A stretch of DNA of 64,000 nt from Candidatus Omnitrophota bacterium (GTDB lineage Bacteria; Omnitrophota; Gorgyraeia; Gygaellales; Profunditerraquicolaceae), in assembly GCA_041650835.1 (NCBI GenBank), contig JBAZKL010000001.1, positions 299,931 to 363,930 of the forward strand, given 5' to 3'. The notes below the pieces were generated by a model that made no database searches, was not told the DNA's origin, and saw only the letters and a list, made by a program, of their open reading frames with translations. Positions 55,586 through 64,000 of this stretch are shown here, piece after piece; within the stretch, counting starts at the first letter, position 1; each line of letters starts with the position of its first letter. The position numbers and the translations under genes were made by a program.

Positions 55586-58315
55586 TTACTTCGGAAATGT
55601 TATATAAAAGATAGTCCCCTCGCTCCTGTTAAGCGTGATCGAACCATTCATCTGCTCAACCAGGGAATTAACTAATTGCAAGCCCAATGATCCGGTATTC
55701 TCGAAATCGATATCCGAGGGAAAGCCGACCCCGTCATCACTGACGGTCATCTCGTAAATACCGTTTTCCCGCAAACCAAAGCTTATCTTAACGCTTCCCT
55801 TACGCTTTTTCGGGAACGCGTATTTCAAGGCATTAGAAACCAGTTCATTAATGATCAAACCGCACGGCAGCGATTTATCGAGAGAAAGAAAAATGTCCTT
55901 TATTTCCAGCGAAAAACCGACAAGCGCGCCATTGGTCTTATATGAACGGAAAAGATCGGTCACCAGACTCTCGACATAATCACGGAACGCGATTTTTCCG
56001 AGATCATAGGTCTTATACAATTTTTCATGCAGAAGCGCCATCGACTTGACCCGGTTATTGCTTTCACGAAAGATACTTAAGATCTGCTTATTTTTAATCC
56101 CCTTGGATTGCAGGTTAAAAAGACTGGAGATTATTTGCAGGTTATTCTTTACCCGGTGATGTATCTCTTTTAACAGGAGCTCTTTTTCTTTCAGCGCGTC
56201 TTTGATCTTCTCTTCGGCCGCGATACGTTCAGAGATATCGACATTGGTGCCGACATAACCTAAAATATTGCCCGCGTCATCCTTTAAAGCTTCAGAATAG
56301 CTCATGACGGTGACAAGAGCGCCCCGCTCATCAAGGAACCGGTATTCAAGAGACCAATTCCCGCCGGCCTTGACCATTTTGTCCCATTTTTCTTTAACTT
56401 TTTTCAAGTCATCAGGATGCACACGCTGCAGCCAGCCGTCACCCAAGGCCTCTTCAAACGACAATCCGCACATTTCAGACCAATGCTGATTGACATATAA
56501 ATATTTTCCCCTGCTGTCGGTAAGATAGACACCCGCGAACGATAACGATGTCAGGGCCCTAAACCGCTCTTCACTTAACCGTAACGCTTCCTCGGCTTCT
56601 TTCAATTCAACAATGTTACGCGAAATGGTCCCGACGCTCACCAGCTCGCCCTGCTCATTGCTGACCGGATACATCTGGTTAATAAAATACATCCTTTTGC
56701 CCGACCAGAGGACATCATGTTCAAAGCTGATCACTTTACCCGTAGCAGCTACCTGAGTTAAGCTCGACATGATCTTTGCCGCGGCAAGCGTGTCGAACAG
56801 ATCGTAGGGAGTTTTATTCAATACATCTTCGGCTTTAAGGCCGTAAACAGGAGAACCATTGTAATAAATGTATTTCCCCTCCGGGTCCTGCATCACGATG
56901 ATATCCTGCGAATTCTCTACCAGTAATTTCAACCGCTGCTCACTATGCTTTAGAGACTCTTGAACGGCCTTACCTTCAGTTATATCTATGCTGGAGCCGG
57001 CCACCGAAACAACAACCCCCCAACGGTCAAATTCCGGAAAAAGCTGCCACTGGAACCAATATCCTTGAAAGCGATACTCAAGATCGCATTGCGTTTTAGT
57101 ATCAAAAACGTTCTTGATACTGCGTTCCCAGAAATCAACAATATCACAATCCCCCAAAAGCTCGCGCGCGGTCTTGCCGATAAAACAATCGACGGACAGG
57201 TCAAATCCTTTCGTTGCGGCGGTATTTATATATACGAACCGTAGCGCCTGGTCGTAACGGGTAATACCGACCCTGTTATTCTCAGAAAGGGCGCGCGACT
57301 TTTCTTCGCTTTCCCGCAGGAGGCGCTCCATCTGAGCCCTATCGGCGATAAGCCCGTCGAACAAAAGCACCGTTACGGCAACAACCGCCAAGAACATCTG
57401 TAGTTCAAGGGTGCTGATCTTCATATCGCTGTGCACAAACGGCCCGTGGATGCCGGAGGTAGCTACCGAGGCGATAACCGCGAGCAGGAACAAAGACAAG
57501 AAAATAATATTCTGGTTCAAACGTAATACCGCCCATAAAAAAAACGGGGCCAGGACAAAGAGCGATAGAGGCAAATACCGTTCAAAAGGAAACAATTGAA
57601 AACAGTACGCGGCAGTAGCCGTTATGCATAAAAGGAAAACAACCTCTTCAAAAAGCGTGCGCTCCTGAGAGAACTTGCCTGTTTTATCCAAAAACGTTAT
57701 TATACACGGAGCCACAATGAGGGCGCCGAGAAAACTCTGCCGCCACCAGCTCAGCCAGGTATAAGAAAAACTACGCACAGGGATAATACCCGCGATCATC
57801 AAAGCAAAGCTTTTAAAGGTAACACTGATCACAACACTGATAAAAACCCCATAAAAAATAAACTTAAGGATATGCTCCGAACTCCGGAAAGGGTTCTCAT
57901 CGCCGATTGTTTCCCGGATTATATAAGCTCCGGTGAGGACAGCCAAAACATCCCCTGTCGCGGCAGCTACCCCTAAGAAAACAAAAGGCATGAATTTTAG
58001 CAGGCAATCAAAGGACAGGCATAACCACACATTGCTTACACAAGCCCCCAGGAAAACTCCCGGCCAAACGCGCCTTCCCCGCAGTAAAATTGCCGCCAGG
58101 ATAATTCCTGACGGCATCCATAAAGGGAAAGAAACGCCGAACCAAAACAAAAACAACTCACCGATCATGACACTGATAAAATAGGCGTATGCGACGATAA
58201 GGCTCTCTAAAATACGCACCGTTACGACGGCTCGACTCATACTCTCCTTAAGGCTGCTGACAGCGTAAAACAAAACAGGCAACCACCAAGATCCGGTAAT
58301 TGCCTTTACATTCAA
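55586..58315 (-). CDS. Membrane sensor histidine kinase: polytopic (MASE-like) N-domain - PAS x3 - HisKA_2 - HATPase_c
   Basis: About 330 aa with at least 9 TM helices. PAS repeats. H-box EIHHRVKNNLQIISSLFNLQ typical of HisKA_2. G-box DDGVGFP...GSLGLQLV. Confidence 0.8.
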   Translation of the reverse strand: MNVKAITGSWWLPVLFYAVSSLKESMSRAVVTVRILESLIVAYAYFISVMIGELFLFWFGVSFPLWMPSGIILAAILLRGRRVWPGVFLGACVSNVWLCLSFDCLLKFMPFVFLGVAAATGDVLAVLTGAYIIRETIGDENPFRSSEHILKFIFYGVFISVVISVTFKSFALMIAGIIPVRSFSYTWLSWWRQSFLGALIVAPCIITFLDKTGKFSQERTLFEEVVFLLCITATAAYCFQLFPFERYLPLSLFVLAPFFLWAVLRLNQNIIFLSLFLLAVIASVATSGIHGPFVHSDMKISTLELQMFLAVVAVTVLLFDGLIADRAQMERLLRESEEKSRALSENNRVGITRYDQALRFVYINTAATKGFDLSVDCFIGKTARELLGDCDIVDFWERSIKNVFDTKTQCDLEYRFQGYWFQWQLFPEFDRWGVVVSVAGSSIDITEGKAVQESLKHSEQRLKLLVENSQDIIVMQDPEGKYIYYNGSPVYGLKAEDVLNKTPYDLFDTLAAAKIMSSLTQVAATGKVISFEHDVLWSGKRMYFINQMYPVSNEQGELVSVGTISRNIVELKEAEEALRLSEERFRALTSLSFAGVYLTDSRGKYLYVNQHWSEMCGLSFEEALGDGWLQRVHPDDLKKVKEKWDKMVKAGGNWSLEYRFLDERGALVTVMSYSEALKDDAGNILGYVGTNVDISERIAAEEKIKDALKEKELLLKEIHHRVKNNLQIISSLFNLQSKGIKNKQILSIFRESNNRVKSMALLHEKLYKTYDLGKIAFRDYVESLVTDLFRSYKTNGALVGFSLEIKDIFLSLDKSLPCGLIINELVSNALKYAFPKKRKGSVKISFGLRENGIYEMTVSDDGVGFPSDIDFENTGSLGLQLVNSLVEQMNGSITLNRSEGTIFYITFPK

Positions 58316-58574
58316 TAGTTCTTCCCATAATCACCTCACTGTAATATATGGGCCTCTAAAAATTAAAGACCGTCTTCCCCTTGCTCATCGGATAACGGCC
58401 ATACTATATCATTGTGTCCTCCTGAAGAACAAAACCAAGTTGAAAAGCCAGCTTATGTACATTAATATTATACACCTTTATTTTACTAAAAAACAAGTGT
58501 TTTCGGCTAATCCAGTGCCCCAGCCACCAGTGCGCCAACATCCCAGTCTTAAGCCACAAATCCATATTTATTCT

Positions 58575-58656
58575 TTTACTGTGGACCATGGACTATGGAC
58601 CACATGAGGCCTGCGACTTGTGTCATGTGACTTGTGACTATTATAGTACTATATTA
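58575..58656. repeat. Heptamer-periodic repeat block (ACCATGG ACTATGG ACCACAT ... ACTTGTG TCATGTG ACTTGTG), left copy
   Basis: tggaccatggactatggaccacat...gacttgtgtcatgtgacttgtgact. Homologous to 61374-61430. Confidence 0.55.
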
Positions 58657-59757
58657 CTATAATCTCCCCCTTAACCAGTCGCGATAACATTTCTTGTAAG
58701 CTTTAAATGAAGGCTTTTTAAGGAAATCCCAACGCACCAGGCCGAAATAATCAGTCCCGGAGTTCCAATGCTTCTTGGTATCCCTGAAAAAAGCCCAAAA
58801 GACCTTATCAACAACATTATATTTCAGCAACTGCGCGTATACCTGCCTCACCCAGGCTGCCTGCTCCTGTTCATCGGGATTCCTCCCCATCCACCAGCCG
58901 GGAACTTTTGCTTTTTTAGGGACACCCGGACAGCCGGCTTCCGTGATCCAAAGCTTTTTATGCCCATCAGCGTTCCTGACCATGATCTTTTTCGCCAAAG
59001 GGGGATACGCGGCCACGCGTTTATCCGCCCCCTCATTCAATGGCGATTCGAATATATGAATATTCAAAATGTCAAAATAATCCTTAGCTCCATTATCATA
59101 CAAGTGATTTACGCTCGCGATCCCATTAGCGAACCCTCCGTTCAAGACTTTACAATCAGGATCTATTTCCTTGAGCGCGGTATAAACATCTTTCAATAAG
59201 ACGCAATACCCTTTCAGTCCGTCCTGATCTTCCCAATAGGTGCGTGAATCAGGCTCATTCCAGACTTCCCAGTATTTGACCTTATCTTTATACCGCGAGA
59301 CGACCTTAGCCGCGTAATTAACGAATAACGCGTTGTCACGGGGAGGGCAATTCCATTTTCCGCAGGAAGATGCCCAATCGGCGCTATAAAGCAGGATGCC
59401 CAGGACATTGATCTGATTCCGGGACAAAAGCTCAACCAGATGGTCGTATTTGCCGAAGCTAAAGACCCCTGAACTCGGCTCAATATCACCCCATAGAAAA
59501 TCCATCCTTACCCAGCCCACGCCGGCTTCTTTCATAAGCGCGACAACCTTCTCCAGATCATTATCTTTGCCATAAAGGTTATTATTCCACTCATGGTCCC
59601 ACGGCAAGAATTCCAAGACCCCGAAAGGATTTGTTTCATCACTGCGTTCAAAAGCCTTTTTAGTTTCCATTTTTGACTCCGCATGTAAAGGCACTACACC
59701 ATTTTTCATAGTCAGGAGCACCAGCAGCAATAAACAAATTATCGTTTTTTTTCTCAT
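58657..59757 (-). CDS. Clan GH-A TIM-barrel glycoside hydrolase (GH5/GH39-like), secreted
   Basis: Signal peptide. Acid/base motif KYWEVWNEPD and nucleophile motif LWITEAG. Confidence 0.65.
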   Translation of the reverse strand: MRKKTIICLLLLVLLTMKNGVVPLHAESKMETKKAFERSDETNPFGVLEFLPWDHEWNNNLYGKDNDLEKVVALMKEAGVGWVRMDFLWGDIEPSSGVFSFGKYDHLVELLSRNQINVLGILLYSADWASSCGKWNCPPRDNALFVNYAAKVVSRYKDKVKYWEVWNEPDSRTYWEDQDGLKGYCVLLKDVYTALKEIDPDCKVLNGGFANGIASVNHLYDNGAKDYFDILNIHIFESPLNEGADKRVAAYPPLAKKIMVRNADGHKKLWITEAGCPGVPKKAKVPGWWMGRNPDEQEQAAWVRQVYAQLLKYNVVDKVFWAFFRDTKKHWNSGTDYFGLVRWDFLKKPSFKAYKKCYRDWLRGRL

Positions 59758-59916
59758 ATGCGTTTACTTTCCTTAATGATAAAGGTTAAAGACTAAATAT
59801 CAAAGGAGGCTTAAAGGTCTAAGTTATAATTTTAAAATTTAACCTTTAAACTTAAGCCTTCCTTTGTTCTTTAACCTTTGGACTTTAAACTTCACTTCTA
59901 CCTTGCCTATATCCGT

Positions 59917-61272
59917 CTATTCGTGCTTCTTATCCTGAATATTGATATAATCGGTAAAATCGATCGGTTCACCTATTTCCTGTTTCACTACTCTTATCCG
60001 GTCAGGGACATAGGGATGGGTTTTAAAATAATTGATCGGGGCCAGCGGTTTACGCTGATTGACCTCCTGCAGCTTCTTCAGGAAAGTGATCATGTTATGC
60101 GGATCAAACCCCGCCCGTTTTATGTAGCGGGCGCCTAACTGGTCCGCGAGCAATTCATCCTCGCGGGCATACCCTAAGAAAAGCTGCGTAAACGCGACAT
60201 CAGCGGTGGCACCGACAGGACCACTCCCCGGGACCACCGCCACCAGTATACGAAAGAAATCATAGCTCATAACGCCCTGGAGTTTTTTAATGCTGTGCCG
60301 GGCAACGATATGCCCGACCTCATGGGCCAAAACACCCGCCAATTCCGCGTCATCGGAAACCTTATCCATCAAGCCCTTAAAAACATAGACATAACCGCCG
60401 GGAAGAGATACCGCGTTGACCTCATCTTCATTGACAACTTTGAAATGGTAATCGATATCCTTACGGTCGCAGACCGCCGCTATTTTTCCGCCCAGGTCAC
60501 TTACGCGTTGCTGCACCAGCGGATCATCCACAAGTTTATACTCTTTTTCCAACTCCTTGGAAAGAGCGGCCCCCATCTGGACCTCTTTATCGGTGCTATA
60601 GTAATATGTTTCCTGCTGTCCGGTAACGATATTATATTCGGTCGTACAACCGCACAACAGGCCCAAAGCGGCAGTGAACAAAACCGGGACAAACACGAAT
60701 ATTTTTATCCCGGCCTTTTTAAACATAAGGTATAATTTACGCAGAGGGATACCGACAACATTATAGAAGCATCCTTCGATACGACGTATAAAGAACGCTC
60801 CCTTGCCCTGAATATCAAAGCTGCCGGCTTTATCCAAAGGGGAAACAGAGGCGAAATAACTGTTGATCTCAGCGCCGCTCAAAGCATCCATATAGATCAA
60901 CGTCTTCTCGCAAGCTACCTGCTCTTTAGACGTGTCTTTGTTAATAACGGCTAATCCGGTATATATCCATTGCGCTTTCCCGGAAAGCCGTTTTAACATA
61001 ACACGAGCAGAGGGGAGATCTTTGGGTTTACCGAAAATGCGTTTTCCGCACACCACGATAGTGTCCGCCCCGACGATGACGCCACCGGGGACTTTTCCCG
61101 CCACTGCCCGGGCTTTTTGCAAAGCGTTATGTTTTACCAATGACTCATATGACAAACCGCACGATTGCCCTTTTTCTTGAATACCGCTTGAGACCACCCG
61201 GAACTTCAAGCCGAATATCTTAAGCAATCTTTTGCGCGCCTGAGAATCAGAAGCAAGATAGAGTTTAGTCAT
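59917..61272 (-). CDS. Maf-like nucleoside-triphosphate pyrophosphatase fused in frame to an M48-family zinc metalloprotease lipoprotein
   Basis: N-terminal 180 aa: LYLASDSQARKRLL...VIVGADTIVV...TGLAVI (Maf). Then MFKKAGIKIFVFVPVLFTAALGLLCGC (Met + lipobox, internal ATG at 60726). Then HEVGHIVARH (HExxH). Confidence 0.7.
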   Translation of the reverse strand: MTKLYLASDSQARKRLLKIFGLKFRVVSSGIQEKGQSCGLSYESLVKHNALQKARAVAGKVPGGVIVGADTIVVCGKRIFGKPKDLPSARVMLKRLSGKAQWIYTGLAVINKDTSKEQVACEKTLIYMDALSGAEINSYFASVSPLDKAGSFDIQGKGAFFIRRIEGCFYNVVGIPLRKLYLMFKKAGIKIFVFVPVLFTAALGLLCGCTTEYNIVTGQQETYYYSTDKEVQMGAALSKELEKEYKLVDDPLVQQRVSDLGGKIAAVCDRKDIDYHFKVVNEDEVNAVSLPGGYVYVFKGLMDKVSDDAELAGVLAHEVGHIVARHSIKKLQGVMSYDFFRILVAVVPGSGPVGATADVAFTQLFLGYAREDELLADQLGARYIKRAGFDPHNMITFLKKLQEVNQRKPLAPINYFKTHPYVPDRIRVVKQEIGEPIDFTDYINIQDKKHE

Positions 61273-61289
61273 AATGAAATACTTATGTT

Positions 61290-61440
61290 ATAGACACCAG
61301 ACACAAGTCACAAGTAAAGGGCAATCCGTGACTAGTTAATCCGGGGATCAGAAAATCCGGGATGAAAATAAACCATGGACCATGGACTATAGACCATCGA
61401 CTACTTGTGTCCTGTGTCTTTGTGTCTTGTAACCTTCATC
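61290..61440. repeat. Heptamer-periodic repeat block, right copy, with inverted flank (gacacaagtcacaagt ... acttgtgtcctgtgtc)
   Basis: aaaccatggaccatggactatagaccatcgactacttgtgtcctgtgtctttgtgtcttgt. Shares ggaccatggactatRgacca and acttgtgtc with 58575-58656. Confidence 0.55.
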
Positions 61441-61442
61441 AT

Positions 61443-62687
61443 TTAATCTAACGCCGCGCTCTCGCCTGCCAGGTACCCGGTAGAAAACGCCGCCTGCAGG
61501 TTAAACCCGCCGGTATCGGCATCCACATCGATCATTTCACCGGCAAAAAACAATCCTCCAACCACGCGGGAGCCCATGGTACGCGGATTAATATCCTTTA
61601 ATGATACTCCTCCCCGCGTGACCATCGCTTCCTCGATCGGTAAAGCGCGCGTAACAGCCAGAGGAAAGCCTTTCAGCAATGACAAAAGCTTCAAACGCTC
61701 AAGCGAAGTGACTTGATTGGCCTTTTTATCCGGGTCGATATCGGCCCTCTGGATCACTATATCGATCATGCTTTTCGGCAGCAGGGTTTTTAATGTATTT
61801 TTTATACTCTTAACGGCGTTATCTTTAAACTCACGCAACAGCCTGTTATCGAGCTGTTCAGAAGATAATGCCGGCTTCATATCGACCAAAACCAGGACCT
61901 CTTTACTTACTTCCAGCAGGTCGATGACCTTGCCGCTCAAGGTTAAAACTAAAGGCCCCGAGATGCCAAAACCGGTAAATAACAACTCTCCGATCTCAGA
62001 GACGATCTCCTTATTCTTATCTTTAAAAATTAAACGGATATTCTTAAGGGTCAAACCTTCCAAAGAAAGAATATCCCTGTCCTTTACCACCAGCGGGACA
62101 AGCCCGGCCCGAAGCGGGGTAACGCCGTGGCCTGTCTTTTGAGCCATACGCAACCCCTCGCCTGTCGAACCGGTAAACGCGTAGGATACCCCTCCCGTGG
62201 CGATAATAACCCGGTCGGCAGGAAGCTCTCTTCCGCCGTCAAGTAAAACTCCCGCGGCTTTCCCGTCTTTGATCAGCAGATCGCGGACCGTTGTTTTATA
62301 CTGCACGATAACGCGGTTCTTCCTGAGCTCTTCCAGAAGGACTTTTACCACACTGGCTGAAGAATCAGTGACAGGAAAGACCCTCAACTGCCTTTCGGTT
62401 TTCAAAGGCAAACCGCGCTCCTCAAAGAAATCCATGAGTTCGCGATTGAAGAATTTGTTAAAGGCATCGCGCAAAAACTGACTGTTTTTAGAAAAACGGG
62501 TTAAAAAAGCATCGAAATCACAGGAATTGGTAAGATTACATCTGCCCTTACCGCTTAAAAGGAGTTTTTTGCCTACGACAGGATTTTTTTCTATAAGAAT
62601 GACCGACTGCTGCAGCGCGGCCGCCCTGATCGCCGCCATCATACCGGCGGGGCCGGCGCCGACAACAACAATACGTTTTGTTTTCAC
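61443..62687 (-). CDS. HI0933/BaiN-like NAD(P)/FAD-dependent oxidoreductase
   Basis: RIVVVGAGPAGMMAAIRAA...GKGRCNLTN is the HI0933 family N-terminus. C-terminal GEMIDVDADTGGFNLQAAFSTG. Confidence 0.75.
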   Translation of the reverse strand: MKTKRIVVVGAGPAGMMAAIRAAALQQSVILIEKNPVVGKKLLLSGKGRCNLTNSCDFDAFLTRFSKNSQFLRDAFNKFFNRELMDFFEERGLPLKTERQLRVFPVTDSSASVVKVLLEELRKNRVIVQYKTTVRDLLIKDGKAAGVLLDGGRELPADRVIIATGGVSYAFTGSTGEGLRMAQKTGHGVTPLRAGLVPLVVKDRDILSLEGLTLKNIRLIFKDKNKEIVSEIGELLFTGFGISGPLVLTLSGKVIDLLEVSKEVLVLVDMKPALSSEQLDNRLLREFKDNAVKSIKNTLKTLLPKSMIDIVIQRADIDPDKKANQVTSLERLKLLSLLKGFPLAVTRALPIEEAMVTRGGVSLKDINPRTMGSRVVGGLFFAGEMIDVDADTGGFNLQAAFSTGYLAGESAALD

Positions 62688-62700
62688 TATAAAACCTTAT

Positions 62701-63261
62701 TTACACGTCAAGATCTTTTATCATAAAAATCGACTCTAATTTCAGGCCGGCCTTTGCAAGGCTTTCCCGGGCGCCCTCACCGCGGTCGACGATAACCACT
62801 GCCCGGTCGATAATAACTCCGATCTTATCCATCGCTTCTTTGGCTTCAAGCAAAGCTTTTCCTGAAGTAGCCACGTCATCAACCAGGATCACACGGTCTT
62901 TTTCTTTTAATGCCGGGCCTTCGACCTGACGCTGCATCCCGTGCTCTTTCGCCGCTTTCCTGACAATAAACGTTTTCAAAACAATGCCCTGAATATGGCT
63001 TAACGCGGCGATCGCACCGACGATCGGGTCCGCCCCTAACGTCGGACCGCCGATAGCGTCGATCTTCCGGTTCTCAATAAGCTTTAAAATAATACTTCCC
63101 ACCAGATACGCGCCTTCCGGGGTCAAGGTAATGATCCTGCCGTCCAGATAATAGTTGCTTTCCTTGCCTGAAGAAAGGATGAATTTGCCTTTTTTAAAAG
63201 CATCTTTCTTTAAAAGCGCTATCAATTTTGTTTTTAGTTCAGAAAGGTCCTGTTTTTCCAT
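62701..63261 (-). CDS. pyrE: Orotate phosphoribosyltransferase
   Basis: FKKGKFILSSGKESNYYLD, PRTase PRPP-binding loop RVILVDDVATSG. 186 aa. Confidence 0.7.
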   Translation of the reverse strand: MEKQDLSELKTKLIALLKKDAFKKGKFILSSGKESNYYLDGRIITLTPEGAYLVGSIILKLIENRKIDAIGGPTLGADPIVGAIAALSHIQGIVLKTFIVRKAAKEHGMQRQVEGPALKEKDRVILVDDVATSGKALLEAKEAMDKIGVIIDRAVVIVDRGEGARESLAKAGLKLESIFMIKDLDV

Positions 63262-63390
63262 GAAAGTATTGTACTATCGTTAAGAGGTTGTGTCAAGGGG
63301 AGGCGGTTATCTGGCGTTGACAAATAACAATTTCATTGATATTATATATCATTGTAAATTGCTGTTTTGGCAGGAAAATTCGAGGTGTCC

Positions 63391-64000
63391 ATGGATAACC
63401 CGCTTCCGAAGTGCTTTAACGCCAAAATATTGTTCTTAGATACGCTCAAAAGCCTGCTCAATATCATTTATCCGAAGATCTGCCTGGTCTGCAAGCGCAA
63501 ACTCGCGCTGAATGCCCAAAACCTGGTTTGCGCGGAATGCCGCAGGAAGATCCGTAGGAATCTGCCTCCCTTCTGTCATCGTTGCGGCAGGCAATTAAAG
63601 GCGCCGCATATAACCAAGAATATCTGCGTTTGCTGCCTTAAGAAAAAATTGCACTTTGACCGGGCGTTTAGCCCGTGCGTCTACGAAGGGCCGCTCAAAG
63701 AGCTGATCCATGATTTTAAATATAAAAACAAGCAGCACCTGGGCGCGACCTTAAGCGCGCTCATGATCGATTTCATCAATGAATATCATGTGCCTATGGA
63801 TGTCATAGACCTGATCGTCCCGGTCCCGTTGCATAAGACAAAATTACGGGAACGCGAATTCAACCAGGCCCAGGTATTAAGCACGCATATCGCAGACGCA
63901 TTCAATAAAGATGTTTTAACGGATACGCTTCTCAGGCACCGCCATACCAGGACGCAGACGGACCTTGTTGCCGATGAACGCTCTATCAATGTTAAAGACA
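63391..64000 (+). CDS. comF: ComF-family protein (double zinc-ribbon + phosphoribosyltransferase domain), 3' end beyond window
   Basis: ATG 63391. YPKICLVCKRKL...CAECRRKI...FCHRCGRQL...CVCC (Cys4 x2), then ...DLIVPVPLHKTKLREREFNQA typical of ComFC. Confidence 0.6.
   Translation, partial: MDNPLPKCFNAKILFLDTLKSLLNIIYPKICLVCKRKLALNAQNLVCAECRRKIRRNLPPFCHRCGRQLKAPHITKNICVCCLKKKLHFDRAFSPCVYEGPLKELIHDFKYKNKQHLGATLSALMIDFINEYHVPMDVIDLIVPVPLHKTKLREREFNQAQVLSTHIADAFNKDVLTDTLLRHRHTRTQTDLVADERSINVKD

Noticed and set aside
58404-58589. 61-aa minus-strand ORF in the AT-rich spacer upstream of the sensor kinase
   Set aside because: No RBS, low-complexity basic/aromatic composition. It lies within the heptamer-repeat and promoter region, so it is more likely non-coding.
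59758-59916. Low-complexity ttaaaggt/aacctttaaac/aacctttggac repeats between GH gene start and Maf gene end as a distinct repeat family
   Set aside because: Short, AT-rich and imperfect. More likely a promoter/UP-element region for the GH gene than a defined repeat element.
1-64000. CRISPR arrays, tRNA/rRNA genes, transposase/integrase genes
   Set aside because: I looked for regularly spaced direct repeats, cloverleaf-like conserved tRNA motifs (GTTC-R-A-NN-C T-loop with CCA context) and DDE/tyrosine recombinase motifs in all ORFs. None was found, and the only repeats are the hairpin and heptamer elements described above.

Overview
The window appears to come from an uncultivated, moderately AT-rich Gram-negative bacterium. 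Nearly every gene (about 45 of 48) lies on the minus strand, the gene set is secretion-heavy (two TpsB/ShlB-type transporters, a 2613-aa TpsA-like exoprotein, two PEP-CTERM proteins), and there is a second unassignable 2226-aa secreted protein. I found no rRNA, tRNA, CRISPR arrays, transposases or integrases. The main blocks, by coordinate: 1-2859 chemotaxis-like signalling (CheC-like, soluble GAF/PAS histidine kinase, two CheY-like receivers); 5678-11668 a tight four-gene cluster (ShlB/TpsB-like POTRA transporter, FecR-domain protein, beta-barrel outer-membrane protein, CHASE2 class-III adenylate cyclase); 11951-15563 three secreted proteins (a WFxDD-repeat protein and two FGE/SUMF1-domain proteins); 17003-24188 a small-molecule/detox-like cluster (three DJ-1/PfpI paralogs, VOC/glyoxalase, TPP enzyme, 4-OT tautomerase, cupin) plus a triple Lcl/DUF1566 protein; 24207-30426 a compact operon in which glycogen debranching enzyme GlgX is sandwiched between two STAS antagonists, next to a single-polypeptide RsbW-kinase/cNMP-binding/PP2C fusion and an AGE-family epimerase; 30725-41894 two PEP-CTERM proteins plus a two-partner secretion pair (TpsB and a giant TpsA with LamG insert and PE-repeat linker); 42026-45558 ankyrin protein, Cache/HAMP PP2C phosphatase and an orphan NMT1-like binding protein; 45567-48391 DUF1330, SDR epimerase, a signal peptidase I with His in place of the catalytic Lys, and a TMEM175-like channel; 48595-55275 the giant secreted protein; 55586-58315 a membrane PAS/HisKA_2 kinase; 58657-63261 a GH-A glycosidase, an in-frame Maf plus M48 lipoprotein-protease fusion, a BaiN-like flavoprotein and PyrE; 63391-end a partial ComF. 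Non-coding signals: a GC-rich multi-hairpin element present twice (11700-11885 and 55383-55566) with compensatory stem changes, each upstream of a secretion-related operon; heptamer-periodic direct repeats bracketing a 2.8-kb two-gene segment; a long palindromic repeat at 22332-22417; and rho-independent terminators. All assignments rest on motifs read directly from the translations; no database search was possible.
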